DNA from: Rhodothermales bacterium
Lineage (GTDB): Bacteria > Bacteroidota > Rhodothermia > Rhodothermales > Bin80
Assembly (NCBI GenBank): GCA_965219915.1
Contig: OZ244794.1
Coordinates: 579,343-643,342 of the forward strand
Length of the DNA stretch: 64,000 bases
Reading direction: 5' to 3'
Shown here: positions 16,737 to 26,882 of the stretch, one piece after another
Position numbering within the stretch: position 1 is the stretch's first letter
Layout of the letters: every line of letters starts with the position of its first letter
Translations under genes and position numbers: made by a program
The notes under the pieces: generated by a model
What the model was told of the DNA's origin: nothing
Database searches by the model: none
The model's input: the letters and a program-made list of their open reading frames with translations, nothing else

Positions 16737-19727
16737 ATGAATGGACAAGTAGTTTACCGCCTCGCCTTCTGCATTGTTGCCGTGGTTGCAATCTTGTTGC
16801 AGGGGTGTACCCGTTCAGACTTGGCGCACGATCTACCTGACAAGGTAGATTTCAATTATCATGTACGGCCCATCCTGTCCAATACCTGTTTTGTGTGTCA
16901 TGGGCCTGACATTAGCACCAGGGAGGCGGAGTTACGCTTGGATACCTATGATGGCGCCACTGCCCGGCGTGAAGGTGGTCAAGCTATTGTTCCAGGTAAT
17001 GCAAAACGCAGTTTGCTCATCCAGCGCGTTAGTGCCCACGATCCGGAGGAGCGCATGCCTCCGCCAAAGATCAACAAGATACTCACTGAATACGAAATCG
17101 CACTTCTTTCTAAATGGATTGATCAGGGGGCGGAATACAAGACTCATTGGGCATTGATTCCGCCGGAAAGCCCGCCCGATGAGGCTACAATTGATGCATT
17201 TTTGCAGGCAGACATCGAAAAAAGTGGCATTGAGCCTGCGGCCTCGGCGTCGAGAGCCAGCCTGATTCGACGTGCGTCTTACGTATTGACCGGGTTGCCT
17301 CCCTCACCAAAGGCCGTTGAGGCATTTAAGGAAGATGAATCCCCCGATGCCTATGAACGGGTATTGGATACCCTCCTGGATTCTCCCGCGTTTGGTGAGC
17401 GCTGGGCGCGTCACTGGATGGACCTGGTACGATACGCGGAGGCAAGAGGGCATGAGTTTGATTTTTCAATTCAGGGTGCGTGGCAGTACAGGGATTACCT
17501 GATCCGGGCCTTCAACGAGGATGTTCCCTACGACCAGTTTGTCCTGGAACACCTTGCGGGTGATGTTCTAAAGGAGCCCAGACGCAATTCAAAAGAGGGG
17601 TTTAATGAGTCTGTTATTGGGACCGCGTACTTCGCACTCGGTGAAGGGAAGCACAGTCCGGTTGATACGCGCATTGACGAAGCTGAGCGCATAGACAACA
17701 TTATTGACGTGACCACCAAAACATTTCAGGGGCTAACCGTAGCCTGCGCGCGTTGTCACGACCATAAGTTTGATCCAATTCCGACCACGGATTTTTACTC
17801 GCTATACGGCATTGTTGAGAGTGCGCGATTTACGCCTGTTCCCATTCTGTCGGAAGGTTATCTGGCCGGGTTGCGCTCGCTGATTGATTTCAATAAGACG
17901 TTGCGCCTGGATATTGCGAACCGGTGGCAGTCATCCCTAGGCGTGGTTCCAGCCGTTCCGGCTAGTATGACAATAAATCCGCCGACCTTACGGGACACAA
18001 CCGGATCGTGGGAGCTACTGGGCGATTTTCGGGACGGAGCGATTGATGCGTGGTTCGCGGACGGTGCGGCGTTTGAAGGAGGCACCTCTCACGGCTTCCC
18101 CGTGATAGAGGATGCCCGTTTGGTGCAGCTTTCTGAGGGAGTGGCGAGCAGCCGGCATATATCAAAGGGTATTCCAGGGGCACTGCGGTCACCCACTTTC
18201 ACTATAGCCCATGATACGATCACGGTCATGGCAAAAGGCTTTAAGTCATCGCTGCGACTTGTGGTTGATAATTTTCAGCTTATACGAGCTCCAATTCATG
18301 GCGAGCTTGATCAAGTAATCAGCAGTGATGAGTTAAGACCCTATCGGTTCCCTTTAGATTTGTGGCAGGGGCATAAAGCCTATATAGAGTTACTTGTCGG
18401 GACCTATGACAGGAAACAATTTCTTACGGATCAGCACATGCTCGTTGTTAATGATTCGTCCTACTTTGAAATTGCTTATGCCGTAGCCCACAATGAGGCC
18501 GCTCCCTCAATGCCGCGCCGGGAATTTGAAGAGGCCCCACTCCCGCAATCCGTAAGTGCCTGGGCTGCACAGAAAGCTAGTCCTGCACAGGTGGCAGCCA
18601 TTAACCAGGCTTTGGAATCCGGTGAGCTGGAGCGGCCACGAGTTAATGATGTGGTTCGTCAGGAGCAGGAGATCAAACAGGCCATGCCCGCCGCGGAGTT
18701 CTTTATTGGTATGACTGAAGGGGACGTGGTAACGAGTGCGGTCTTTGGGCGCGGCAACTATAAAACCCCTGTGGGGGACCCAGTACCGCATAGATTCTTG
18801 ACTGCTCTTGATCCTACCGGTAGTACTTTTAACAAGACGGCCAGCGGGCGACTGGAGTTCGCCGAGGCAATGATAGATCCTGCCAATCCTCTCACTGCAC
18901 GTGTGATGGCAAACCGCCTGTGGCATCATGTTTTCGGGACAGGGATTGTAAAGACCGTAGACAATTTTGGGGGGCAGGGGAGTCTTCCGACGCATCCAGA
19001 ACTGCTTGATTATCTAGCATTGCGCTTTGTGGAGCTGGATTGGTCAATGAAATCCATGCTCCGGGAGATCATGCTTTCGGAGGCTTTTCAGCGTTCAACT
19101 CAGGTCCCTGAAAATGCCGCTGAACTTGACCCCTCGAATCTACTGTTATCGCATTATCCTGTACGGAGGCTGGAGGCCGAGGCGATTCGTGATGGTATTT
19201 TGGCGGTGTCGGGAGCGCTAGACCCCACCATGTATGGTCCGCCGATACCAATTCATTTAACGGAGTTCATGACGGGTAGAGGACAACCCGCTGTTAACGG
19301 ACCATTGGATGGAGATGGTCGGCGAAGTATCTACATTGCTATACGCCGAAATTTTCTCTCACCGATGATGCTCGCCTTTGATATGCCGATCCCGTTCTCT
19401 ACGTTCGGGGCTCGTAACTCCAGCAATGTGCCTGCACAGTCCCTTACTTTGCTCAATGACGCGTTTGTTGCCGAGCAGGCCGTTCTCTGGGGAGACTCAC
19501 TGGTGGAGCAACCCCATCTTGACATTGCGGATCGTGTGAGGCATATTTACTTACGGGCGCTGTCCAGACTTCCTGACCCGAATGAGTTGCAGGAAGCTCA
19601 GGCCTTTATAGACGCAGAGGCCGAGGCACTTGGCCTGCAGTCCATAGAGATCATGCATGCCGCAGAGCTCTGGGCCGCATATTGCCATGTGGTGTTCAAT
19701 CAAAAAGAATTTATTTACTTGATCTGA
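16737..19727 (+). CDS. PSCyt1 / DUF1549 (PSCyt2) / DUF1553 (PSD1) domain protein
   Basis: An N-terminal CFVCHGPD heme-like motif and the overall ~1000-aa layout are typical of the planctomycete-type family. It is followed by its usual DUF1501 partner. Confidence 0.85.
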   Translation: MNGQVVYRLAFCIVAVVAILLQGCTRSDLAHDLPDKVDFNYHVRPILSNTCFVCHGPDISTREAELRLDTYDGATARREGGQAIVPGNAKRSLLIQRVSAHDPEERMPPPKINKILTEYEIALLSKWIDQGAEYKTHWALIPPESPPDEATIDAFLQADIEKSGIEPAASASRASLIRRASYVLTGLPPSPKAVEAFKEDESPDAYERVLDTLLDSPAFGERWARHWMDLVRYAEARGHEFDFSIQGAWQYRDYLIRAFNEDVPYDQFVLEHLAGDVLKEPRRNSKEGFNESVIGTAYFALGEGKHSPVDTRIDEAERIDNIIDVTTKTFQGLTVACARCHDHKFDPIPTTDFYSLYGIVESARFTPVPILSEGYLAGLRSLIDFNKTLRLDIANRWQSSLGVVPAVPASMTINPPTLRDTTGSWELLGDFRDGAIDAWFADGAAFEGGTSHGFPVIEDARLVQLSEGVASSRHISKGIPGALRSPTFTIAHDTITVMAKGFKSSLRLVVDNFQLIRAPIHGELDQVISSDELRPYRFPLDLWQGHKAYIELLVGTYDRKQFLTDQHMLVVNDSSYFEIAYAVAHNEAAPSMPRREFEEAPLPQSVSAWAAQKASPAQVAAINQALESGELERPRVNDVVRQEQEIKQAMPAAEFFIGMTEGDVVTSAVFGRGNYKTPVGDPVPHRFLTALDPTGSTFNKTASGRLEFAEAMIDPANPLTARVMANRLWHHVFGTGIVKTVDNFGGQGSLPTHPELLDYLALRFVELDWSMKSMLREIMLSEAFQRSTQVPENAAELDPSNLLLSHYPVRRLEAEAIRDGILAVSGALDPTMYGPPIPIHLTEFMTGRGQPAVNGPLDGDGRRSIYIAIRRNFLSPMMLAFDMPIPFSTFGARNSSNVPAQSLTLLNDAFVAEQAVLWGDSLVEQPHLDIADRVRHIYLRALSRLPDPNELQEAQAFIDAEAEALGLQSIEIMHAAELWAAYCHVVFNQKEFIYLI

Positions 19728-21175
19728 TGAAAGGTCCACACAGGTTAACGTGTCGAATGACACGTCGAGAAATGCTTACCATGTGTCGCAACGGATTCGG
19801 CGGTGTGGCACTAATGGGGCTTATGGGAAGTTCTTCCTTTGGCAATATCATTAAGCAAGTTGCCCCATCAGGGCCTCACCCATTGGCTCCGCGCCCGAGT
19901 GATTTGGTTCCCAAGGCCAGGAGCATCATATTCCTGTACATGGACGGCGGTGTGTCACAGGTTGACAGCTTCGATCCCAAACCGCGCCTTGCCAGAGAGC
20001 ATGGGGACAGCCCGTACGACAAGTTTACGGTTGATGCCACTCAATTCAACAGCATTGGCACAATCCTGAAAAGTCCATGGGATTTTCGGCGCTATGGCGA
20101 AAGCGGTATCGAGGTGAGCGATCTCTTCCCGCATGTAGGTGAATGCGTGGATGATCTTGCAGTCATCCGATCTATGGTAGCGGATTTTCCAGAGCATACG
20201 AATGCCAACTATTTTCTTCACACAGGGATAGGGATCCAAGGGCGCCCTTCCATGGGTGCCTGGATAAACTATGGGCTTGGAACCGAGAACCAGGATCTGC
20301 CAGGTTATGTAGTCCTGGATGGTGGACTAATTCCGCCGGGGGGTCTGGATAATTTTAACAGTGGATTCCTGCCTGCGTCGTATCAGGGATCAATTTTCAG
20401 GGCCGGTGATACTCCCTTGGCGAATATTGAGCCCAAAGAGCCGACTTCGGAGCTACAGCGACGCAAGTTGAATCTTATGAGCCGAACGGACAATCATTTG
20501 CTTGGTCGTATTGGTAATTCTGATCAGGTGGAATCAGCAATCACCAATTATGAGTTGGCCTATCGGATGCAGGCTTCGGTTCCAGAACTGACCGACCTTT
20601 CAGGGGAAACGGAAGCGACCAAGAAGTTGTATGGGATGGATTCAAGTGAACCTGACACACGTATCTACGCTGCGCAGTGCTTGCTGGCCAGACGACTGGT
20701 TGAGCGCGGCGTACGGTTTATTGAGTTAACCTGTCCAAATGTGAAGGCTGATAGATGGGATCAGCACGCAAACCTCAAAGAGGGCCATGAGCGCAACGCC
20801 CTTGCCGTAGATCAGCCCATAGCAGGTCTGATCAAGGATTTAAAGGCACGTGGTATGTTTGAAGATACTCTCGTGATCTGGGCCGGTGAATTTGGACGAA
20901 CGCCCTTTGCACAGGGCACCAACGGAAGAGACCATAACCCATCGGCATTCAGCATTTGGCTGGCGGGGGCAGGAATCAAAGGAGGTACAGTGTACGGTGC
21001 TACCGATGAGTATGGCTACCGGGCTATTGAAAACGTGACCACGATCCATGATTTACATGCAACCATGTTGCACCTGTTGGGTCTGGAGCATGAGCATCTC
21101 ACATATCGCTTCAGTGGACGCGATATCCGGCTCACAGATGTAGGTGGAAACGTCATCAAAGGGATTCTCGCCTGA
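19727..21175 (+). CDS. DUF1501 domain protein (sulfatase-fold)
   Basis: The ATG at 19727 overlaps the upstream TGA (TGATG). An alternative ATG at 19757 gives MTRREMLTMCRNGFGGVALMGL (Tat-like). IIFLYMDGGVSQVDSFDPKP and WAGEFGRTP are characteristic. Confidence 0.85.
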   Translation: MKGPHRLTCRMTRREMLTMCRNGFGGVALMGLMGSSSFGNIIKQVAPSGPHPLAPRPSDLVPKARSIIFLYMDGGVSQVDSFDPKPRLAREHGDSPYDKFTVDATQFNSIGTILKSPWDFRRYGESGIEVSDLFPHVGECVDDLAVIRSMVADFPEHTNANYFLHTGIGIQGRPSMGAWINYGLGTENQDLPGYVVLDGGLIPPGGLDNFNSGFLPASYQGSIFRAGDTPLANIEPKEPTSELQRRKLNLMSRTDNHLLGRIGNSDQVESAITNYELAYRMQASVPELTDLSGETEATKKLYGMDSSEPDTRIYAAQCLLARRLVERGVRFIELTCPNVKADRWDQHANLKEGHERNALAVDQPIAGLIKDLKARGMFEDTLVIWAGEFGRTPFAQGTNGRDHNPSAFSIWLAGAGIKGGTVYGATDEYGYRAIENVTTIHDLHATMLHLLGLEHEHLTYRFSGRDIRLTDVGGNVIKGILA

Positions 21176-21435
21176 GGTTGGCTTGCAACGGTACAAGAAG
21201 GTTGAAAAGAGAATCATATACCGCACCGCCCGTACCTCGCGGTAGCAGGTATGCCAGTTTTGCGGATCACGGAGGTGCCAGTAGCAAGCCGCTCGCCACG
21301 CGGCTCTGTCTAGTCTGCAGGATTCGTTTGGGCCAAACTCAAGTGATATCAACCCCGGGACTGTAACAACTGAACGGCTCCAAAGATGGTAAATTTGCAT
21401 AAGTTTACCCGAGAAAGAGGCAGAATACATCGTAC

Positions 21436-22188
21436 ATGAAACTGGAAGGACGTGTAGCACTGGTTACGGGCAGTACAACCGGTCTTGGTAAAGCAATGGC
21501 GCACGCACTGGCTCGGGCGGGAGCTACCGTTGCCCTCAACTATGCGAACAATGAAGTACGGGCGCTACGTGCCTTGGCCGAGTTTGAGGCTGCGGGCACG
21601 CGCGCAATGTTGTTCAGATCGGATGTATCGGAAGAACAAGGTGTTCGTACGCTGGTTTTGCAGGTCTCTAAGAAACTGGGGCCCATTGATATCTTGATAC
21701 CGAATGCGACTCCCGATCAGCCGCAACGGCGGATTGAGGATTATTCGTGGCAGGATTACGAGCGAATGCTGGATTTTTTTGTGAAGAGTCCTTTTTTGCT
21801 GACGAAAGCCTGTATCCCCCATATGAAGCAACAGCGGTGGGGGCGCATTATCAATATCATCAGCGAGGTCTTTTCGTTGGGGGTTGCGCAGTTTACGGCT
21901 TACGCAGCTGCTAAAGGAGGGCAGGTGGGGCTTTCGCGCAGTCTTGCAACCGAGCTTGCGCCATTCGGGATCACGGTGAATATGATTTCTCCTGGATGGA
22001 TACCGGTTGAGCGCCACCAGTCGGAGTCACAATCAATAAAAGATGGTTATTTGCGGACGGTGCCGATTGGTCGCTGGGGAACCCCGGATGACATTGCCGC
22101 GGCAGCCTGCTACTTTGCAAGCAATGAGGCTGCTTTTGTAACGGGACAATTCGTTACGGTGAATGGCGGCCGCTCCTATGGTCTATAA
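21436..22188 (+). CDS. SDR family oxidoreductase (FabG-like)
   Basis: VALVTGSTTGLGKAMA (TGxxxGxG) and YAAAKGG (YxxxK). Confidence 0.9.
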   Translation: MKLEGRVALVTGSTTGLGKAMAHALARAGATVALNYANNEVRALRALAEFEAAGTRAMLFRSDVSEEQGVRTLVLQVSKKLGPIDILIPNATPDQPQRRIEDYSWQDYERMLDFFVKSPFLLTKACIPHMKQQRWGRIINIISEVFSLGVAQFTAYAAAKGGQVGLSRSLATELAPFGITVNMISPGWIPVERHQSESQSIKDGYLRTVPIGRWGTPDDIAAAACYFASNEAAFVTGQFVTVNGGRSYGL

Positions 22189-22191
22189 TCG

Positions 22192-23223
22192 ATGATACAC
22201 AAGATTCCAATGCTGCTACAGGTAAGATATTATGTTCATTGTGCGGTGACCGGGTTTCTGGTGCTCTTTCTGGCCGCCTGTGGATCTTCGGATGAAGCGG
22301 ATCGCCCTGAAGTTGGCTTTGTCACTAATGGTATTGCATCTTTCTGGACGATTGCGGATCGCGGTGCTAACGCAGCCGCGGAAGCGTTTGATGTAGAGGT
22401 ATCGGTCATGATGCCTCCGGATGGTCCGTCGGGTCAGAGCCGGATGGTCCAGAGCCTTTTGGCCCGAGGCGTAGACGGGATTGCAATCAGCCCATCGGAT
22501 CCCGAGAATCAAGCGGGACTCCTCAATGAAATCGCACAAAACACCAACCTCATCACGCATGACTCGGACGCGCCAGATAGTCAGCGTTTAGTGTATGTGG
22601 GGATGGATAACTATGAAGCTGGGCGGATGTGCGGTCAATTGCTGAAAGAAGCAATGCCTGAGGGGGGCGAAGTTGTGCTTTTTATTGGCTTGTTGGGCCA
22701 GCTTAATGCGGATCTTCGACGTCAGGGGGTCATTGATGAACTCATGGTCCGCAGTCATGATAACAGTCGACGCGATCCAGTTGATCGGGTTGTAGCAAAC
22801 GAGCGCTATACAATTCTGGACACGCGCGTTGATCAGTTTGATTTTGCACGGGCTAAGGGGCAGGTAGAAGACGCACTGGCGCGGTATCCGGAACTGGATG
22901 CAATGATTGGCCTTTTCGTGTATAATCCGCCCCAAATATTGGAAGCTGTACGTGAGGCCGGAAAGTTAAATGAGATTACCATTGTTGGTTTTGATGAGGA
23001 TGATGTGACGTTACAGGCCATCCGCGACGGTGAAATTGTTGGAACCGTGGTTCAAGATCCCTATCGGTACGGGTATGAGTCTGTTCGTGTACTCGCGTCA
23101 CTTGCGCGCGGTGATCAGTCCGTAATTCCCGAGAACCAGTTTATAGACATTCCCGCACGGCGCATCACTGCTGATAACGTTGATGTTTTCGAGGCTGAGC
23201 TGAGGGAACTCCTCGGCAACTAA
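22192..23223 (+). CDS. Sugar ABC transporter substrate-binding lipoprotein (ribose/RbsB-like periplasmic binding fold)
   Basis: FLAACGS is the lipobox. The sequence has type I PBP features and sits next to an RbsA/RbsC-like pair. Confidence 0.8.
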   Translation: MIHKIPMLLQVRYYVHCAVTGFLVLFLAACGSSDEADRPEVGFVTNGIASFWTIADRGANAAAEAFDVEVSVMMPPDGPSGQSRMVQSLLARGVDGIAISPSDPENQAGLLNEIAQNTNLITHDSDAPDSQRLVYVGMDNYEAGRMCGQLLKEAMPEGGEVVLFIGLLGQLNADLRRQGVIDELMVRSHDNSRRDPVDRVVANERYTILDTRVDQFDFARAKGQVEDALARYPELDAMIGLFVYNPPQILEAVREAGKLNEITIVGFDEDDVTLQAIRDGEIVGTVVQDPYRYGYESVRVLASLARGDQSVIPENQFIDIPARRITADNVDVFEAELRELLGN

Positions 23224-23228
23224 GTAAG

Positions 23229-24776
23229 ATGCGTGTGCCCGGGGAGACGCCGCTACTTGAGGTTCGGGGGATCACAAAGCGGTTTCCTGGGACGCTCGCC
23301 CTGGATTCTGTGGGTCTGCACGTTGGGTACGGGGAGGTCGTTGCAGTGATTGGCGAGAATGGGGCTGGTAAGAGCACGCTGATGAACATCTTGGCAGGTG
23401 TGCTCTTACCCGACGAGGGTATGATCCATCTGGATGGTCAGGTTCAACAATTTGCATCTGTAAAGCAGGCACATGCTGCAGGCATTGCGCTGATTCACCA
23501 GGAGCTCAGCCTGCTTCCAAACTTGAGTGTTGCCGCGAATCTATATCTGGGTCGTGAGCCAGCCCGTGCAGGCTGGATCGATAAACGTAAACTTCGCACT
23601 CAGGCATTAAGATATCTTGAGCGGGTGGGCCTCAAGTGTGATCCTCAAACACTGGTTGCCGAACTACCGATAGGGCAGCGACAGTTAGTAGAGGTGGCCC
23701 GTGCATTAGCGTCCAACGCACGGCTTCTGATCATGGATGAACCGACTTCAAGCCTGGCGGAGGAGGAAGCCGACGTACTGTTTGATGTGATTCGTGAGTT
23801 ACAGGAGCGGGGGGTGAGCATACTGTATGTATCTCATCGGCTAAGGGAGGTGATGTCAATTGCTGATCGTGTAGTTGTACTTCGTGACGGGCGAATCACC
23901 GGAAGACTCGCGCAGGAGTCTGTCACAAGGGATGAAATGGTGAAGTGTATGATTGGACGGAGCGTGAATCGCATTTATACTCGGAAGCGCAACGAGCCAG
24001 GCCCTCCAGTCTTGCGTGCGGAACGTATTGTTACAAGGAACTCAAAAGAACGAAGCCTATCTTTTTGCCTGCGTGAAGGGGAGATCGTCGGACTGGCTGG
24101 TTTGGTTGGATCAGGACGCACAGAGTTGCTTAGAATACTCTTCGGCGTGGATATGCCAAAGACCGGACTTGTTACCGTAGCCGGCCGACCCGTTGAGCTG
24201 AAATCTCCTCACCACGCCATTGCAGCGGGTATTGCACTGGTTCCCGAAGATCGGGCAAAGCAAGGCTTGATACTGGAAATGTCCACACAGCCGAATCTGA
24301 GCCTGGGAGCATTGTATCGACATTATATGGGTTGGAAGTTGCTGGATCGTACATGGGAGAGTGACGTGACAAAGGAAATGGTTAGCCAGTTGAATATCCA
24401 GGGTGTCCAAACGGGTAAGCCAACGCGTCACTTGTCCGGTGGTAACCAACAGAAGGTCGTACTAGGTAAATGGCTTACGCTACATCCTCGTGTTCTTTTA
24501 CTGGATGAGCCTACACGTGGTATAGATGTGGGGGCGAAACAGGAGACCTACAAAGCTATTGACGAACTGGCTGCCAGAGGGATGGCGATACTGTTGGTTA
24601 GCAGTGAGTCTGATGAAATCATTGCACTTTCTGATCGTGTGCTGGTAATGCAGGATCACGCCATGGTAGGAGAACTGGATCATACCGAACTCAATGAAAA
24701 GGCGTTAATGCAGCTGGCAACGGGGACGGCTCACGATTCCCACATTGAAGAAGAAAAAATTGGGGAAGCTGCATGA
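23229..24776 (+). CDS. Sugar ABC transporter ATP-binding protein, duplicated ABC domains
   Basis: GENGAGKST (Walker A), LSGGNQQKV (signature) and LLLDEPTRGID (Walker B) appear in a two-cassette layout. Confidence 0.9.
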   Translation: MRVPGETPLLEVRGITKRFPGTLALDSVGLHVGYGEVVAVIGENGAGKSTLMNILAGVLLPDEGMIHLDGQVQQFASVKQAHAAGIALIHQELSLLPNLSVAANLYLGREPARAGWIDKRKLRTQALRYLERVGLKCDPQTLVAELPIGQRQLVEVARALASNARLLIMDEPTSSLAEEEADVLFDVIRELQERGVSILYVSHRLREVMSIADRVVVLRDGRITGRLAQESVTRDEMVKCMIGRSVNRIYTRKRNEPGPPVLRAERIVTRNSKERSLSFCLREGEIVGLAGLVGSGRTELLRILFGVDMPKTGLVTVAGRPVELKSPHHAIAAGIALVPEDRAKQGLILEMSTQPNLSLGALYRHYMGWKLLDRTWESDVTKEMVSQLNIQGVQTGKPTRHLSGGNQQKVVLGKWLTLHPRVLLLDEPTRGIDVGAKQETYKAIDELAARGMAILLVSSESDEIIALSDRVLVMQDHAMVGELDHTELNEKALMQLATGTAHDSHIEEEKIGEAA

Positions 24777-25750
24777 AAAAAGTGTTCGGGATACTCGGAG
24801 TGTTTGTTGCCGTGTTTGTGCTCACAGCGATCCTGGAGCCGAACTTTCTTACCGCCTACAATCTGCAGAATACGCTGCGATGGACCGGTCTATTCGGAAT
24901 AATAAGTATCGGAGCAGCCTTTGTCATCATTACTGGCGGTATTGATCTGTCTACGGGATCTGTCATTGCGCTTGTTGGTGTTCTCGTGCCAATGTTGCTG
25001 GTTGATGTTGGCATGCCACTGGTACTCGTTCTGCTGATCTTGTTTGGTGTTCTCTTGACAATGGGCATTTTTCACGGAGTTCTGGTGACTAAGCTCAACC
25101 TGCAGCCGTTTGTTGTGACCTTGTGTGGGTTACTGGTTTACCGGGGGCTTGCCCGGTGGCTTGCAGGTGATCAGACACAGGGTTTCGGTTCGGCTTTTGA
25201 CGGTTTACGACAGTTGGCGATTGGCCGCGTTCCCATTGCCGGTGATTTTGGGCTTCCGATTCCGTTCCTGATCTTGATTATTCTGGCTTTTTTATCTGCG
25301 GGATTTCTGCATAACACTGTTTGGGGGCGCTACCTGCTGGCACTGGGATACAATGAGGAAGCCGCGCGCTTTAGTGGGATCAACACGAGTCGGATGATCA
25401 CAGTAGCCTATGTGATTGGCGTGATGACCGCTGGATTCGGGGGGCTGCTGTTTTCACTTGATGTGAACTCTATTCAGCCAGCCGTACATGGTAATTTTTA
25501 CGAGCTCTATGCGATCGCGGCGGCGGTTCTAGGAGGATGCAGTCTGCGAGGGGGTGAGGGATCTATTTTTGGTGTGGTGATCGGGGCAGCAGTGCTGCGT
25601 CTCCTTTACAATGCAATTAACATATTGGGTATTCCAACACAGCTGGAGTTCGCTATTATTGGCACGGTCATCCTCGTGGGCGTTAGCACAGATGAGATCG
25701 TTCGCCGGATAGCGGCGCGCCATGAACTAAAGACAACGCGTGGCACATAG
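24773..25750 (+). CDS. Sugar ABC transporter permease (RbsC/BPD family)
   Basis: A polytopic hydrophobic protein with ITGGIDLSTGS, typical of ribose-type permeases. The start overlaps the upstream stop. Confidence 0.9.
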   Translation: MKKVFGILGVFVAVFVLTAILEPNFLTAYNLQNTLRWTGLFGIISIGAAFVIITGGIDLSTGSVIALVGVLVPMLLVDVGMPLVLVLLILFGVLLTMGIFHGVLVTKLNLQPFVVTLCGLLVYRGLARWLAGDQTQGFGSAFDGLRQLAIGRVPIAGDFGLPIPFLILIILAFLSAGFLHNTVWGRYLLALGYNEEAARFSGINTSRMITVAYVIGVMTAGFGGLLFSLDVNSIQPAVHGNFYELYAIAAAVLGGCSLRGGEGSIFGVVIGAAVLRLLYNAINILGIPTQLEFAIIGTVILVGVSTDEIVRRIAARHELKTTRGT

Positions 25751-25813
25751 ACGCAGAGGACTGGTTCTCGCGTTGTATTTTTGACACACACGAATTGTTA
25801 ATCAAAAAATCAA

Positions 25814-26698
25814 ATGCACCTTGCGATTCACAACTGGATGAAAGTCGAACCGATAGAGGTTACCGTTGAACGGTTAGCCAAGTACGGCTATAAGAGCCTT
25901 GAAATTCAGGGTGAGCCCTACAAATACGATACCGGTGAGGTTCGTAAGCTTCTGAATAGCTACGGGGTGCGTTGTTGGGGCAGTGTCACCTTGATGCTTG
26001 ATGAGCGCAATCTCCTTGCAAAAGACGAGGATCAGCGAGCAGAATCAGTGACTTATGTGAAGGATTGCATCACGATGGTGGGCGAATTGGGTGGGGAGGT
26101 TATCTCGGTGGTGCCCAGCACGGTCGGGAAGATCGTTCCAGATTCAACTCCAGAGAAGGAGTGGGACTGGTGTGTTGCTGCTCTACAGGAGATCAATGAG
26201 CATGGGCGTCAGCATGGGGTCAAGATCGGCATTGAGCCCATTAATCGATTCGAGACTTATTTCATTAATCGGGGTGCTCAGGCGTTGGCTTTGGCTGAGG
26301 CGGTAGCCCCGGATTGTGGTGTATGTCTGGATATCTTTCATATGAATATTGAGGAGGATGATCCGATTGCCGCAATTCACGAGGCACAAGGCCGCCTGGT
26401 AAACTTTCACGTTGCAGACAACAACCGCATGGCCTGTGGCATGGGTTGTTTGGATTGGCCGGCAATCGTGCAGGCGTTAAAAGAGGTTGGTTACGACGGG
26501 GCGATCTCGGTGGAATTTTGTCCTCCACTTGATCGTACTCCGGCGAATCGGTTTCCGGGCAGTGTAGACTCCAACCCTGAGGGGATATCGGATTCAGAAC
26601 TTAAATTTCTGGAGGATCATGGAAGCAGCGTATTCAGTTCTGATTTTTATGAAATGCATGTGCGTCGTTCCGCCGAGACGTTAATGCCGCTGATTTGA
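25814..26698 (+). CDS. Sugar phosphate isomerase/epimerase (xylose isomerase-like TIM barrel)
   Basis: GYKSLEI, KIGIEPINRFE, CLDIFHMNIEE and AISVEF follow the AP_endonuc_2 fold pattern. Confidence 0.85.
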   Translation: MHLAIHNWMKVEPIEVTVERLAKYGYKSLEIQGEPYKYDTGEVRKLLNSYGVRCWGSVTLMLDERNLLAKDEDQRAESVTYVKDCITMVGELGGEVISVVPSTVGKIVPDSTPEKEWDWCVAALQEINEHGRQHGVKIGIEPINRFETYFINRGAQALALAEAVAPDCGVCLDIFHMNIEEDDPIAAIHEAQGRLVNFHVADNNRMACGMGCLDWPAIVQALKEVGYDGAISVEFCPPLDRTPANRFPGSVDSNPEGISDSELKFLEDHGSSVFSSDFYEMHVRRSAETLMPLI

Positions 26699-26882
26699 AG
26701 CAATTCTATGAATATGTGTCACAGGTAGCCCCGCCTGCACGAAATGGATGTGCTCCACTCTGGAGAGAAGAGTTACACACTTGGGTTTATAATTCCTTTG
26801 GCACAGTAGGTGTCACAGTACTCGCGTTCGTCCGCCTACCCAAGTCCTTTTCTTTGAATTTTCAAATCAGTCTAATTGACGA

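Noticed and set aside
21053-21460. A 135-aa minus-strand ORF spans the DUF1501-SDR intergenic region.
   Set aside because: It overlaps the 3-prime end of one well-supported gene and the start of another. Its translation has no recognisable motif and a Cys/Trp/Arg-rich composition.
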